This document shows positions 8,251 through 16,942 of a stretch of DNA of 64,000 nucleotides, one piece after another. Each line of letters opens with the position of its first letter. The stretch's first letter is position 1. Below the pieces are notes generated by a model, which saw nothing but the letters and a program-made list of their open reading frames with translations, was not told the origin of the DNA and did not search any database. This DNA comes from a virus. The translations under genes were made by a program, and so were the position numbers. The stretch lies in IMG/VR virus record IMGVR_UViG_3300027734_000038, one strand, 5' to 3'.

Positions 8251-8278
8251 TTGCAATCCACCGTGGTACCTGTATAAT
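8251..8278 (+). promoter_or_regulatory. early sigma70-type promoter
   Basis: TTGCAA-16 bp-TATAAT(GG). Confidence 0.75.
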
Positions 8279-8352
8279 GGTATTTTAAAGGTTGTAATAG
8301 GGACGGGCGTTCCTTCTGGCACCATGAGACCAGTAAAACCTGCATGAGTTTT

Positions 8353-8390
8353 TGCTAGTGATACTCTTGAAACAAAACTAGCATTTTTTT
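8353..8390 (+). terminator. terminator/attenuator-like hairpin in leader
   Basis: TGCTAGT...ACTAGCA followed by T7; loop unusually long (17 nt). Confidence 0.4.
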
Positions 8391-8405
8391 ATTATGGAGA
8401 ATATT

Positions 8406-9137
8406 ATGGGAACTAGGTCACTTACATTTGTTTATGAAAAATACGGCGAAGTGCAAAAACCTGTGTGTAATATGTATCGTCAATTCGATGGCTATCCTAC
8501 GGGACATGGTGCCGAGTTAGTTGAGTTTTTAAATGGTGGTCGTTTGGTGAATGGATTGATTTACACCGAAACAGTTGAAGAAATAGTTTTCAACGGCATG
8601 GGTTGTTTGGCAGCAAGCATGGTTGCTCACTTTAAAGAATCGCCTGGCGGATTCTATATTCATCCAACCGATGTAACCGATTGTGGTCAAGATTATGAAT
8701 ATCACATCTACAATAAAGATGGACTGTATATTGAAGTATATAATTGTGGTTGTAATTTCTTTGGTATGAGTGGTGATAAAAAAGAATTGGAATTTGGTGG
8801 TTATTTAAAAGATTTTGCTAAATTTTGTTCTGATAAAGATGAATCAATAACCACTACACAAAAGAATGTGTTTGATGGAAGTAAGATTGGTAAAGATTGG
8901 TTAAAATCTGTATTGCGTGATGGTGTAGCAGTCGTAAAGTTTGAAAAGAATGATGGCACAGAGCGTGTAATGAAATGCACACTAAAGCGAGATTTGGTGC
9001 CACAAGAACCTATTGTTGAGGGTGCAATAAAGAAAACGAAAACACATTCACCTGATGTATTGCCTGTTTATGATGTTGAAGTAAATGGTTGGCGGTCATT
9101 CCGCTGGGATTCAATTAAAAGTGTGGAGATTTCATGA
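8406..9137 (+). CDS. two-domain protein with C-terminal WYL_2/Sm-like SH3 domain
   Basis: N-term MGTRSLT...YRQFDGYP; C-term VKFEKNDGTERVMKCTL...VYDVEVNGWRSFRWDSI. Confidence 0.65.
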   Translation: MGTRSLTFVYEKYGEVQKPVCNMYRQFDGYPTGHGAELVEFLNGGRLVNGLIYTETVEEIVFNGMGCLAASMVAHFKESPGGFYIHPTDVTDCGQDYEYHIYNKDGLYIEVYNCGCNFFGMSGDKKELEFGGYLKDFAKFCSDKDESITTTQKNVFDGSKIGKDWLKSVLRDGVAVVKFEKNDGTERVMKCTLKRDLVPQEPIVEGAIKKTKTHSPDVLPVYDVEVNGWRSFRWDSIKSVEIS

Positions 9138-9424
9138 GTGATAGATTTGATTTCGAACAGCAAATAGTTAAATGTTGGAGTGTAGTGGACGATTTAAAAG
9201 ACCTCGATGAAGGTATTTTTGAGGAGTGGTTAAGTTTTAATAAAGATGAGATATCAACCCAAATTCTTGGTATTGCCAATTCGTATGATGTAAGATTCCA
9301 TAAACTATGGTATTTGTTTGAAGAAGTGCATATGAATTTGGTTCGTGATAACAAATTCTTGAATGAAGAATGTACCGCATTGCGTGAACAACTGGCAGAA
9401 AAAGAAAAAGGTAAAAAGAAATGA
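9134..9424 (+). CDS. hypothetical protein
   Basis: ATGA overlap; GGAG SD. Confidence 0.7.
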   Translation: MSDRFDFEQQIVKCWSVVDDLKDLDEGIFEEWLSFNKDEISTQILGIANSYDVRFHKLWYLFEEVHMNLVRDNKFLNEECTALREQLAEKEKGKKK

Positions 9425-9600
9425 ATCATTCACCAAGACAAATGTTATATGCCATAAATGTTCGGAATTTAAAAGATATTATGATTACCTTACATTTAAA
9501 CCATTTACACCAAACTCAGCTTGACATGATTGATGAAGCTGTGTTAAAGTCGGATATGGCTGAATCAAAAACTGTTCTTAAACATATTATGGAGAAATAA
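9421..9600 (+). CDS. small hypothetical protein (59 aa, not in ORF track)
   Basis: ATGA overlap; fills gap exactly. Confidence 0.5.
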   Translation: MNHSPRQMLYAINVRNLKDIMITLHLNHLHQTQLDMIDEAVLKSDMAESKTVLKHIMEK

Positions 9601-9601
9601 A

Positions 9602-10372
9602 ATGCCTAATTGGTGTCAAAATGTGGCTTACATTAACCACGAAGATAATGATAAGATTGATTACATTGTAGAAGAATTGGGTAAGAAAGAACCTCAATTA
9701 TTCAATTCGCTTTGCCCACGACCAGCCGAACACGAAGAAGATTGGTATGGTTGGAACACTTCTAATTGGGGAACTAAATGGGATGCATCCGTATATGACC
9801 ACCACATGGAAGAAGATGGTAGATTGTATATCTCATTCGATACGGCATGGGGACCTCCAATTGGTTTCTATGAGTTTCTATATCAAAATGGTTACGATGT
9901 AGAAGCTTTCTACAATGAAGAAGGTATGGCATTCGCTGGTTGGTTTATCGATGGTGAAGATAACAACTACAATTACGCTGATATGTCTGCTGATGAAATT
10001 GAAGATGAATTGCCATCTCGATTGGATGAAATGTTTAATATTGCTCAATACAAGCGTGATTGGGAAGATGAGAACGAAGAAGATTCTGATGATGAAGAAG
10101 ATGAAGAACCAGAATATGAAATGACAGAATGGTTTGATGTTAAAACTAAACCTGTTCATACTGGTTTGTATGATATTCAATATGATAAACCAAATGCGTG
10201 GCCTTTCCCATCAAGACTTACATGGACCGGTGAGAAATGGTTAAATGACCAAGGCGAAGAACGCAAAGATGTTGGTAAGTGGCGTGGTATTACTCAGGCT
10301 GAACATGAGTCATTTTTGAAATTGGAAGAATTGAAAAAAGAATTAGATGCTTTGATTGTAGAGGAGAATTAA
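9602..10372 (+). CDS. DUF1281/YubB-like ferredoxin-fold protein with acidic linker and extra C-terminal domain
   Basis: MPNWCQN, WNTSNWGTKWD, FDTAWGPP, YNEEGMAFAG. Confidence 0.7.
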   Translation: MPNWCQNVAYINHEDNDKIDYIVEELGKKEPQLFNSLCPRPAEHEEDWYGWNTSNWGTKWDASVYDHHMEEDGRLYISFDTAWGPPIGFYEFLYQNGYDVEAFYNEEGMAFAGWFIDGEDNNYNYADMSADEIEDELPSRLDEMFNIAQYKRDWEDENEEDSDDEEDEEPEYEMTEWFDVKTKPVHTGLYDIQYDKPNAWPFPSRLTWTGEKWLNDQGEERKDVGKWRGITQAEHESFLKLEELKKELDALIVEEN

Positions 10373-10373
10373 A

Positions 10374-10607
10374 ATGGCCTCATCACAAGAAGATTCTATG
10401 TTAGCTGAACTATCAGAAGAAATTGATACAGCATTAATAAAATGGATAAGTGAATATAAAGTTCCACCATTAAATATTACTGCCGTCATCTTAGCAAGAT
10501 TAACATGGTTAGCAAAACAAACGGACTGTAAAGAAGATTTTATTTCATTGCTTCAAGCACCAAGAGAAATTTTGGAATCAGAAGAAGAACATAAACAGGT
10601 ACATTAA
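10374..10607 (+). CDS. hypothetical protein
   Basis: GAGGAG SD. Confidence 0.7.
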   Translation: MASSQEDSMLAELSEEIDTALIKWISEYKVPPLNITAVILARLTWLAKQTDCKEDFISLLQAPREILESEEEHKQVH

Positions 10608-10891
10608 TGAAAATTGTAATTAATTCTTGCCATGGTGGTTTTGGCCTAAGTGTAGAAGCGGAAGAAGTCTATCGGACTAAAAAAGGAATTACCAGTGATG
10701 ATTCTTGGTGGAGTAGAATGATTCCCCGTGATGACCCTATTTTGGTAGATATTGTGGAAACAATGGGTGAAAAGTCTTTTGGTAGTTTTGCTGAATTGAA
10801 AGTAGTTGAAATTCCAAATGATGTAGAATGGCAGATTGATGAATATGATGGTGCTGAATGGGTAGCAGAAAAACATAGAACTTGGACATAA
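10607..10891 (+). CDS. conserved phage hypothetical protein
   Basis: MKIVINSCHGGFGLS...RDDPILV...EYDGAEWV. Confidence 0.7.
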   Translation: MKIVINSCHGGFGLSVEAEEVYRTKKGITSDDSWWSRMIPRDDPILVDIVETMGEKSFGSFAELKVVEIPNDVEWQIDEYDGAEWVAEKHRTWT

Positions 10892-10892
10892 A

Positions 10893-11708
10893 ATGAAAAT
10901 TGCTTTAGCATCAGACATCCACTTGGAGTTTGGTGACTTGATATTGAAGAATGAAAAAAATGCCGAAGTATTAATACTGAGCGGCGATATCTGCACAGCT
11001 AAAGTTTTTAAACACAAACCAAAAGAAAGAGCAATGGTTAAGGATTTCTTTCGCCGTTGTTCATTTCAATTTCCTCATGTTGTATATGTAATGGGTAACC
11101 ATGAGCATTATGATTTTGATATTGCTAAGACATATGACAGACTAAAAGCAGAGTTGGCCGATTTGCCAAACATTCATTTTCTTGAAAAAGAAACATGGGA
11201 ACATGATGACATTACCTTTGTTGGTGGTACATTGTGGACTAATATGAACAAAGGTGATTCTTTGACTTTATGGCATACTGGTCAAAGAATGAATGACTTT
11301 CAGTTAATCAAGAATGGCAATCGTGGCATTTCGGGTGGCGGTTATGCTTCTCGTTGGTCGCCAGAAGATTCTGTGGAAGACCATAATAAGATGTTGGACT
11401 ACATAAAGATTGCTACTGCTGATTATGGTGGTACACCCAAGAAGTTTGTGGTCGTAACTCATCATGCACCAACAACATTAAGTATTGCGGAATGGTTCAA
11501 ACATGATAATTTAATGAATGGTGCCTTTGCATCCGATTTAACTGATTTCATTTTAGATAGACCACAGATTAAATTGTGGACTCATGGTCATATGCACAAT
11601 GTATCAGATTACATGATTGGTGAAACTAGAGTTGTTTGTAATCCAAGAGGTTATATTGGCCATGAACAACAAGCACTTAGCTTTGAATTAAAGTATATGG
11701 AGATTTAA
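10893..11708 (+). CDS. calcineurin-like metallophosphoesterase
   Basis: SDIHLE, SGDI, GNHEHY, THHAP, HGHMH, NPRGY. Confidence 0.9.
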   Translation: MKIALASDIHLEFGDLILKNEKNAEVLILSGDICTAKVFKHKPKERAMVKDFFRRCSFQFPHVVYVMGNHEHYDFDIAKTYDRLKAELADLPNIHFLEKETWEHDDITFVGGTLWTNMNKGDSLTLWHTGQRMNDFQLIKNGNRGISGGGYASRWSPEDSVEDHNKMLDYIKIATADYGGTPKKFVVVTHHAPTTLSIAEWFKHDNLMNGAFASDLTDFILDRPQIKLWTHGHMHNVSDYMIGETRVVCNPRGYIGHEQQALSFELKYMEI

Positions 11709-12059
11709 ATGGGAATGTTTGATTATATACATTATGAAGGAAGGGAGTATCAGACAAAAGATACTCCTGCTCAATCATTGGATGATTATAAGATTGAACA
11801 CGACCAAGATTCTGGTCACCAATACTTATGGCATTCAGAATATGATTCTGAGTGGGTTGATGATGAAGGCCTTTTTGGTGGTAGTGTAAAACAATACAAT
11901 CAACGCTGGGTGTGTTGTCATGAGTTTGATGGTAACATTCGATTCTATCGGCCTGCATTGGAAGATAAACATGAATCATGGAAACAGGACGCATGGATAG
12001 AATATTCTGCCTTGTTTATGGATGGTAAATTATTAAGAATCAAAGAAATTAAAAAATGA
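11709..12059 (+). CDS. hypothetical protein
   Basis: MGMFDYI...YQTKD motif; GGAG SD. Confidence 0.7.
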   Translation: MGMFDYIHYEGREYQTKDTPAQSLDDYKIEHDQDSGHQYLWHSEYDSEWVDDEGLFGGSVKQYNQRWVCCHEFDGNIRFYRPALEDKHESWKQDAWIEYSALFMDGKLLRIKEIKK

Positions 12060-12904
12060 AAAAAGTATTGGTGACAGGAAGTTCCGGTTATATCGGCCAA
12101 CACCTTGTAAAACTCCTTAGAAAGGAAAGATACGAGGTCTTTGGTATTGATAAATCTCGAGCATGGAATGATTATCTACACCGTGATAATTTTTTGCAAT
12201 TTGATATTCGTTATGATTTACCACAATGGATGTTTACATTGAATGATTGGTCATATGAGTATGATGCTGTTGTTCATTTGGCTGCATTGGTGCGAGTGAA
12301 TGAATCAGTAGAGAAACCAACAGAATACTATACAACCAATTTAAACGGCACCATCAATGTATTGGAAGATATTTCATGTAAGAACTTCATCTTTGCTTCA
12401 ACTGGTGCGGCCGCCAATCCTGTGGTGTCCTATTCGTTATCTAAACGATGTGCAGAAGATGTTGTAAAAGAATGGAGAAAAGATAAAGACTATACAATCT
12501 TCCGTTTTTATAATGTGATTGGTACTGATGGTGTATCACCAACCAATCCCGATGGTTTGTTTTCTAATCTAATGAACGCAGAAAAAACAGGCACATTTAA
12601 CCTGTTTGGTAATGATTACAATACACCTGATGGTACTTGTGTTAGAGATTATGTCCATGTTATGGAAATATGCCGTGCAATTCAGTTGGCAATCGAAACA
12701 CCAGCCAATAGTTTACAGAATCTAGGTCATGGTGTTGGTCATTCGGTATTGGAGATGGCAACCACATACCAAGAGGTAAACAATTGTAAATTTGATATAA
12801 ACTATTGCCAAAGGCGTGATGGTGATTTAGAATGTAGTGTGTTGGACAATGTATCATCCTATATGAAAGAGTTGTATAACTTTAAGGAACTAATGAAACG
12901 ATGA
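12056..12904 (+). CDS. NAD-dependent epimerase/dehydratase (GalE-like extended SDR)
   Basis: TGSSGYIG, HLAA, YSLSK (YxxxK), FRFYNV, TPDGTCVRDYVHV, RRDGD. Confidence 0.9.
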   Translation: MKKVLVTGSSGYIGQHLVKLLRKERYEVFGIDKSRAWNDYLHRDNFLQFDIRYDLPQWMFTLNDWSYEYDAVVHLAALVRVNESVEKPTEYYTTNLNGTINVLEDISCKNFIFASTGAAANPVVSYSLSKRCAEDVVKEWRKDKDYTIFRFYNVIGTDGVSPTNPDGLFSNLMNAEKTGTFNLFGNDYNTPDGTCVRDYVHVMEICRAIQLAIETPANSLQNLGHGVGHSVLEMATTYQEVNNCKFDINYCQRRDGDLECSVLDNVSSYMKELYNFKELMKR

Positions 12905-13542
12905 AAGTTTATTTAAGTAATTACCGTAACCATTGGTTATCACCTTATGTCATTCTCAAAACAATTTGTTTTTGGGAAAAAGATGAAGATAGAATTTATA
13001 ATCTAAATGATGATGTGAATAATCCATATGAGAAGTGGGTTAACTTTTTAAATCCTATTTGTGAAGTGTGGCAGAAGTTCTTAGACTTCATTCATCCAAG
13101 ATTTAACTATGTAAAAATTGACCGATGGGATACATGGTCAATGGACCACACCTTGGCCTATATTATCCATCCAATGCTAGTTCAATTAAATAAAACTAAA
13201 CACGGTGCACCTTATACTGATGACGAAGATGTGCCAGAATACTTGCGTAGCCACATGGCACAACCAAAAGAGAATGAGTGGGATACCGACAGTTTACATT
13301 TCATGCGTTGGGATTGGATTCTCAATGAAATGATTTGGGCATTTGAACAAGAACTCAAAGATGATGATGAATCACAATTCTTTGACGATTCGGAATGTGG
13401 TGACGAAAAGTTTCCATGGAATAAAGATGGCCAGTATGTAAGTAAATTGAAACTGGATACAGAAGGTTTAGAATCACACCAAAAGCGAAAGGCAAATGGT
13501 TTTAGATTATTTGGTAGATACTACCAAAACTTGTGGGATTAA
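12901..13542 (+). CDS. conserved phage hypothetical protein
   Basis: DTWSMDHTLA...WDWILNEMIWAFE...GFRLFGRYYQNLWD. Confidence 0.75.
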   Translation: MKVYLSNYRNHWLSPYVILKTICFWEKDEDRIYNLNDDVNNPYEKWVNFLNPICEVWQKFLDFIHPRFNYVKIDRWDTWSMDHTLAYIIHPMLVQLNKTKHGAPYTDDEDVPEYLRSHMAQPKENEWDTDSLHFMRWDWILNEMIWAFEQELKDDDESQFFDDSECGDEKFPWNKDGQYVSKLKLDTEGLESHQKRKANGFRLFGRYYQNLWD

Positions 13543-13544
13543 TT

Positions 13545-13781
13545 ATGATACCGTATATTGGATATGTTCAGGCTAAGAAGTCTTTGGCATTGGCAAAAGA
13601 AACAATTAAGTTAATGGATGACCCTAACAATTATATGTTAGAGGCACAGAAAGATATGCTTGAATTAGAAGTGGAACATTTCCGTGAACTATCAGTAAAG
13701 TTTACCATAGTTCTATTGACTGTGGTTGTGTTTTGTGTTACAATAGTATATCTATTCAATAAAGGAATATTCCATGTTTGA
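13545..13781 (+). CDS. hypothetical membrane-anchored protein
   Basis: C-terminal hydrophobic helix. Confidence 0.6.
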   Translation: MIPYIGYVQAKKSLALAKETIKLMDDPNNYMLEAQKDMLELEVEHFRELSVKFTIVLLTVVVFCVTIVYLFNKGIFHV

Positions 13782-14025
13782 TAAATTACACGATTGGGCT
13801 GTTAAGAATACAATTAACATTCTTATTTTTTTAATATTAGCATCTGCTATTATTACGGTTTATAATTTGGTTGATGTGGTTCGTAAACCTGCAACTATCA
13901 ATATTATTGAAGGTAGTATTCAACATCGATTAGTTTGGTCAGCTAAAGGTGAATGTTTTTTTGTCAGACCATTTTCAAATGAAACTGTATATTTAATCCG
14001 TGTTAATGATTGTGATAAGAAATGA
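13774..14025 (+). CDS. hypothetical membrane protein
   Basis: N-terminal TM helix. Confidence 0.6.
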   Translation: MFDKLHDWAVKNTINILIFLILASAIITVYNLVDVVRKPATINIIEGSIQHRLVWSAKGECFFVRPFSNETVYLIRVNDCDKK

Positions 14026-14183
14026 AACCAAATAAAGATTTTAAATTAAGTAAATCAGCAAAGCGACGTTTAGCTACCATGTCATCAAGTGTTCGTGGTT
14101 TATGGAAGAAACTATATATTGAAGCAGAGTTGGCTGAGAAACAAGCAAAGTTTGCAAAAATTCGTGAACCTAAAGGAGAGTAA
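14022..14183 (+). CDS. small basic protein (53 aa, not in ORF track)
   Basis: MKPNKDFKLSKSAKRRLA...; overlaps both neighbours. Confidence 0.55.
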   Translation: MKPNKDFKLSKSAKRRLATMSSSVRGLWKKLYIEAELAEKQAKFAKIREPKGE

Positions 14184-14185
14184 TG

Positions 14186-14455
14186 ATGAGTTTATTTGTT
14201 GAAGTGTTTTCTGTTGAAAAACAATGTATGGTGATTGTCAATTTAGATACAGTTATTGAGATTGCACCCTTAGCAATTGGTGGTTGTGCAATTTTCTTTG
14301 CTGATGGTACTGGCGGTAAAGTATCAATGCGTGTAAAAGAAGATTATAACCTCTTCAAACAGTTTGTTTTACAAACAGTATCAACGGAAGATATTGAAAA
14401 GAAGTTTGGTAAAACAAAAATCAAAGATTTAACAATGGATATTCCTAAGTTGTAA
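14186..14455 (+). CDS. hypothetical protein
   Basis: AAGGAG SD. Confidence 0.7.
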   Translation: MSLFVEVFSVEKQCMVIVNLDTVIEIAPLAIGGCAIFFADGTGGKVSMRVKEDYNLFKQFVLQTVSTEDIEKKFGKTKIKDLTMDIPKL

Positions 14456-14739
14456 TGAACGATTTATTATATAATGTATTTGATTGGATTCGTGATGATT
14501 GGAAGTCAGGTAAGGTTAGGTTCGTTGTTGAGATATTGGCATGGGCAATCTCCATTGGTTGCTCTATTACAATGGCTCTCACCGTTCCTCACCCACCGTT
14601 ACTCATACTATATCCAATTTGGATTCTCGGTTGTGCTTTGTATTTGTGGGCTGCTTTTACTCGCAAATCTTTTGGGATGGTTGCTAATTACTTGTTACTT
14701 ACTACTATTGATACAATCGGCTTAATAAGAATGTTATGA
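14455..14739 (+). CDS. small 3-TM membrane protein
   Basis: three hydrophobic helices; TAATG coupling. Confidence 0.65.
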   Translation: MNDLLYNVFDWIRDDWKSGKVRFVVEILAWAISIGCSITMALTVPHPPLLILYPIWILGCALYLWAAFTRKSFGMVANYLLLTTIDTIGLIRML

Positions 14740-15338
14740 ATATTTTTTACCTTGATAATGATCCTGTGAAGTGTGCAGAAATGCACGTTGATAAACATTG
14801 CATAAAGATGATACTTGAATATGCTCAATTACTTTCTACCGCACACCGTGTTCTTGACGGTGTTCTTACTGATGGTGTATCTCAGTCTGGTCGCAAACGG
14901 AAGCTATATGTTCTCAAAGATAGCCGTGATACGATATTGTATTCTGCCACCCATATTAATCATCCTTCTGCTGTATGGTGTAGACAATCTGATTCAAATT
15001 ATATTTGGTTAGCCAATCTATTGCGTGAGTTGTGTAAAGAATATACCTATCGTTATGGTAAAACTCATAAAGTAGAATCTGATGGTTTGTTAAAAGCATT
15101 ATATTGGAATTTACCAAACAATATACCAAAAGCCGTCAATTTTACACAACCCACACCTGCTATGCCTGATGAATGTAAAGTACCTGGTGATGCCTTACAA
15201 TCATATCGTAACTATTATGTTATGAACAAACAACATCTATGGTCATGGAAAGGCAAGATAAATAGTAGAACACCACCACCGTGGTTTAAAGAGTGGACAC
15301 AAAAAGTTCTCGAATCACTTTCTTATGGATATAGTTAA
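14736..15338 (+). CDS. pyrimidine-dimer DNA glycosylase (DenV)-family-like protein
   Basis: MNIFYLD, DKHCIKMILEYAQLLSTAH, HINHPSAVW, EYTYRYGKTH. Confidence 0.7.
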   Translation: MNIFYLDNDPVKCAEMHVDKHCIKMILEYAQLLSTAHRVLDGVLTDGVSQSGRKRKLYVLKDSRDTILYSATHINHPSAVWCRQSDSNYIWLANLLRELCKEYTYRYGKTHKVESDGLLKALYWNLPNNIPKAVNFTQPTPAMPDECKVPGDALQSYRNYYVMNKQHLWSWKGKINSRTPPPWFKEWTQKVLESLSYGYS

Positions 15339-15616
15339 TGCCTGCATATGAATTCTTAAATAAAGATACAAATGAAATTGAAACTCACATAATGAGTTAT
15401 ACTGTATATGACCAATTCAAAGTGGATAATCCACACCTAGAACGATTTATCTCAGCGAAAAATCTTCCAGTCTTTGGTGATGGTTCTCGTATGTCAGTAC
15501 CAGGAATTGGACAGCCTCACGCCGCTTTCGAAACTGGTGTAATTCAAAGAATGAAAGAAACGATTCCTGGTAATACAATGTCTGGTCACAAGACTAAAAA
15601 GCCAAGAGAATGGTAA
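15338..15616 (+). CDS. FmdB-like small protein lacking Zn ligands
   Basis: MPAYEF N-terminus; GATAAATA late-promoter-like site at 15257. Confidence 0.5.
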   Translation: MPAYEFLNKDTNEIETHIMSYTVYDQFKVDNPHLERFISAKNLPVFGDGSRMSVPGIGQPHAAFETGVIQRMKETIPGNTMSGHKTKKPREW

Positions 15617-15730
15617 TCAATAATCTACCTGCCTTACTAATCTACAAAGGAGTTAAACTTGAAAATAAAGTTGCCCCCGTAGTTAAAGCTCAAAAACTAT
15701 CCGATGATAACAATAATAAGAGGAATTTTG

Positions 15731-15895
15731 ATGAGCAAAAAAAGAGGAATGTCCAAACAACAGCGGCTATATTACGAGTATCAAAACAAGGACAAAGTAA
15801 GGCAAGAATTGGTTGAGTTTGTTAAACAAGAAAAAGCAAGAGAAAAAAGTAGTCTAAAATCATATAATCCACACGAAAGCTCGTATTTCACATAA
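15731..15895 (+). CDS. small basic hypothetical protein
   Basis: GAGG SD before MSKKRGMSK. Confidence 0.55.
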   Translation: MSKKRGMSKQQRLYYEYQNKDKVRQELVEFVKQEKAREKSSLKSYNPHESSYFT

Positions 15896-15897
15896 TT

Positions 15898-16491
15898 ATG
15901 AACCTAGATGATGTAAAGAAATATAAATGTGAAAATGAAAATTTATACGAGAATCCAATACTAGCATCAAGTATTAATCTATTACTAGATTTACCTGATG
16001 TTGTTTGTCGGATTCAAGGAACAAAATATGATTCTGCTCACGGTGAAATATTGACATCTGTGGGTAACGAATATTCAAATGTATTAACTTTGCCTGGTGC
16101 AGAACAATTGATGATATGGATTACTTCAAGAATTCAAGAATCTGCACCACCAGGTAAATCAGTAGATTATATAAAATCTTGGGCTAATAAGATGTTTTAT
16201 GGCAGTCAAGGTTTGGTCCATGCACATACACATCCAGATTTTAAAAATTCTGAGTCGGATTTTGTTGCAATATTTTATGTCCACATTCCCGAAAATAGTG
16301 GTCAATTAGTTTTTATTGATGGTGGTGAGTTTAATAAGAAGTATACTGAATATGATGAATCCAAAATGACAATTATGCAATGTGAATCTGGTGACCTAGT
16401 AATACACCCTCCTACAATTCCCCATGCAGTAACAGTTCATAATAGTCATGTACCTAGATTGTGTTTGGTGTTTGAGGGAATATATAAATAG
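15898..16491 (+). CDS. putative 2OG-Fe(II) oxygenase (TIGR02466-like)
   Basis: SWAN, HAHTHP, AIFYV, GDLVIHP..IPHAV....RLCLVF. Confidence 0.75.
   Translation: MNLDDVKKYKCENENLYENPILASSINLLLDLPDVVCRIQGTKYDSAHGEILTSVGNEYSNVLTLPGAEQLMIWITSRIQESAPPGKSVDYIKSWANKMFYGSQGLVHAHTHPDFKNSESDFVAIFYVHIPENSGQLVFIDGGEFNKKYTEYDESKMTIMQCESGDLVIHPPTIPHAVTVHNSHVPRLCLVFEGIYK
16483..16490 (+). promoter_or_regulatory. T4-type late promoter
   Basis: exact TATAAATA 30 nt upstream of the Cys-rich gene. Confidence 0.7.
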
Positions 16492-16519
16492 TCAATATAT
16501 TTGAAAAAAAGAGATTAAA

Positions 16520-16918
16520 ATGACATTACCTTCTTCTGGACCATTAACAATTAATGATGTGAATATCGAAACCGGCCGTGGTTCAGGTACGGCAACTGGC
16601 CTTGATTGGATACGAGATAATACAAAAGATAATGCCACAGCACTAGGTCAATTATATGATAGGGCTTATTATCAAAGAAATGTTGATGGCAACTGTAATA
16701 ATGGAAACTGCACTTCCAATTGTAATTGTGGTAATATTCAATGTAATAATTGTTTGATTGCTGCTACTGTAAACTGTACCAATTGTGATGCACAATCTTG
16801 GTTACAAGGAAACTGTAACTGTGCTTGTACCTATAATTGCACAACATCAGAAACCTCATACAATTGTAACTGCGCTTGTGCTTGTGCCTGTTTCGTTTGC
16901 GCTTGTGCTTGCTGGTAA
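16520..16918 (+). CDS. Cys-rich protein; candidate RiPP-like precursor/substrate of adjacent radical SAM enzyme
   Basis: 58-aa Cys-free N-terminus then 20 Cys in 74 aa, ending CNCACACACFVCACACW. Confidence 0.8.
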   Translation: MTLPSSGPLTINDVNIETGRGSGTATGLDWIRDNTKDNATALGQLYDRAYYQRNVDGNCNNGNCTSNCNCGNIQCNNCLIAATVNCTNCDAQSWLQGNCNCACTYNCTTSETSYNCNCACACACFVCACACW

Positions 16919-16942
16919 TTATTTTATAAAATTAGGATTAAT

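Noticed and set aside
8339-8375. Hammerhead ribozyme (CTGCATGAG...GAAAC)
   Set aside because: The core deviates from CUGANGA and the required stems I/III were not found.
9521-9550. Internal sigma70 promoter TTGACA...TAAAGT
   Set aside because: 18-bp spacer and weak -10 inside a coding region. It is plausible by chance in AT-rich DNA.
16520-16918. Metallothionein call for the Cys-rich protein
   Set aside because: A long Cys-free N-terminal domain, Asn-rich rather than Lys-rich spacing, and direct linkage to a SPASM enzyme fit a modification substrate better. Metal binding is not excluded.
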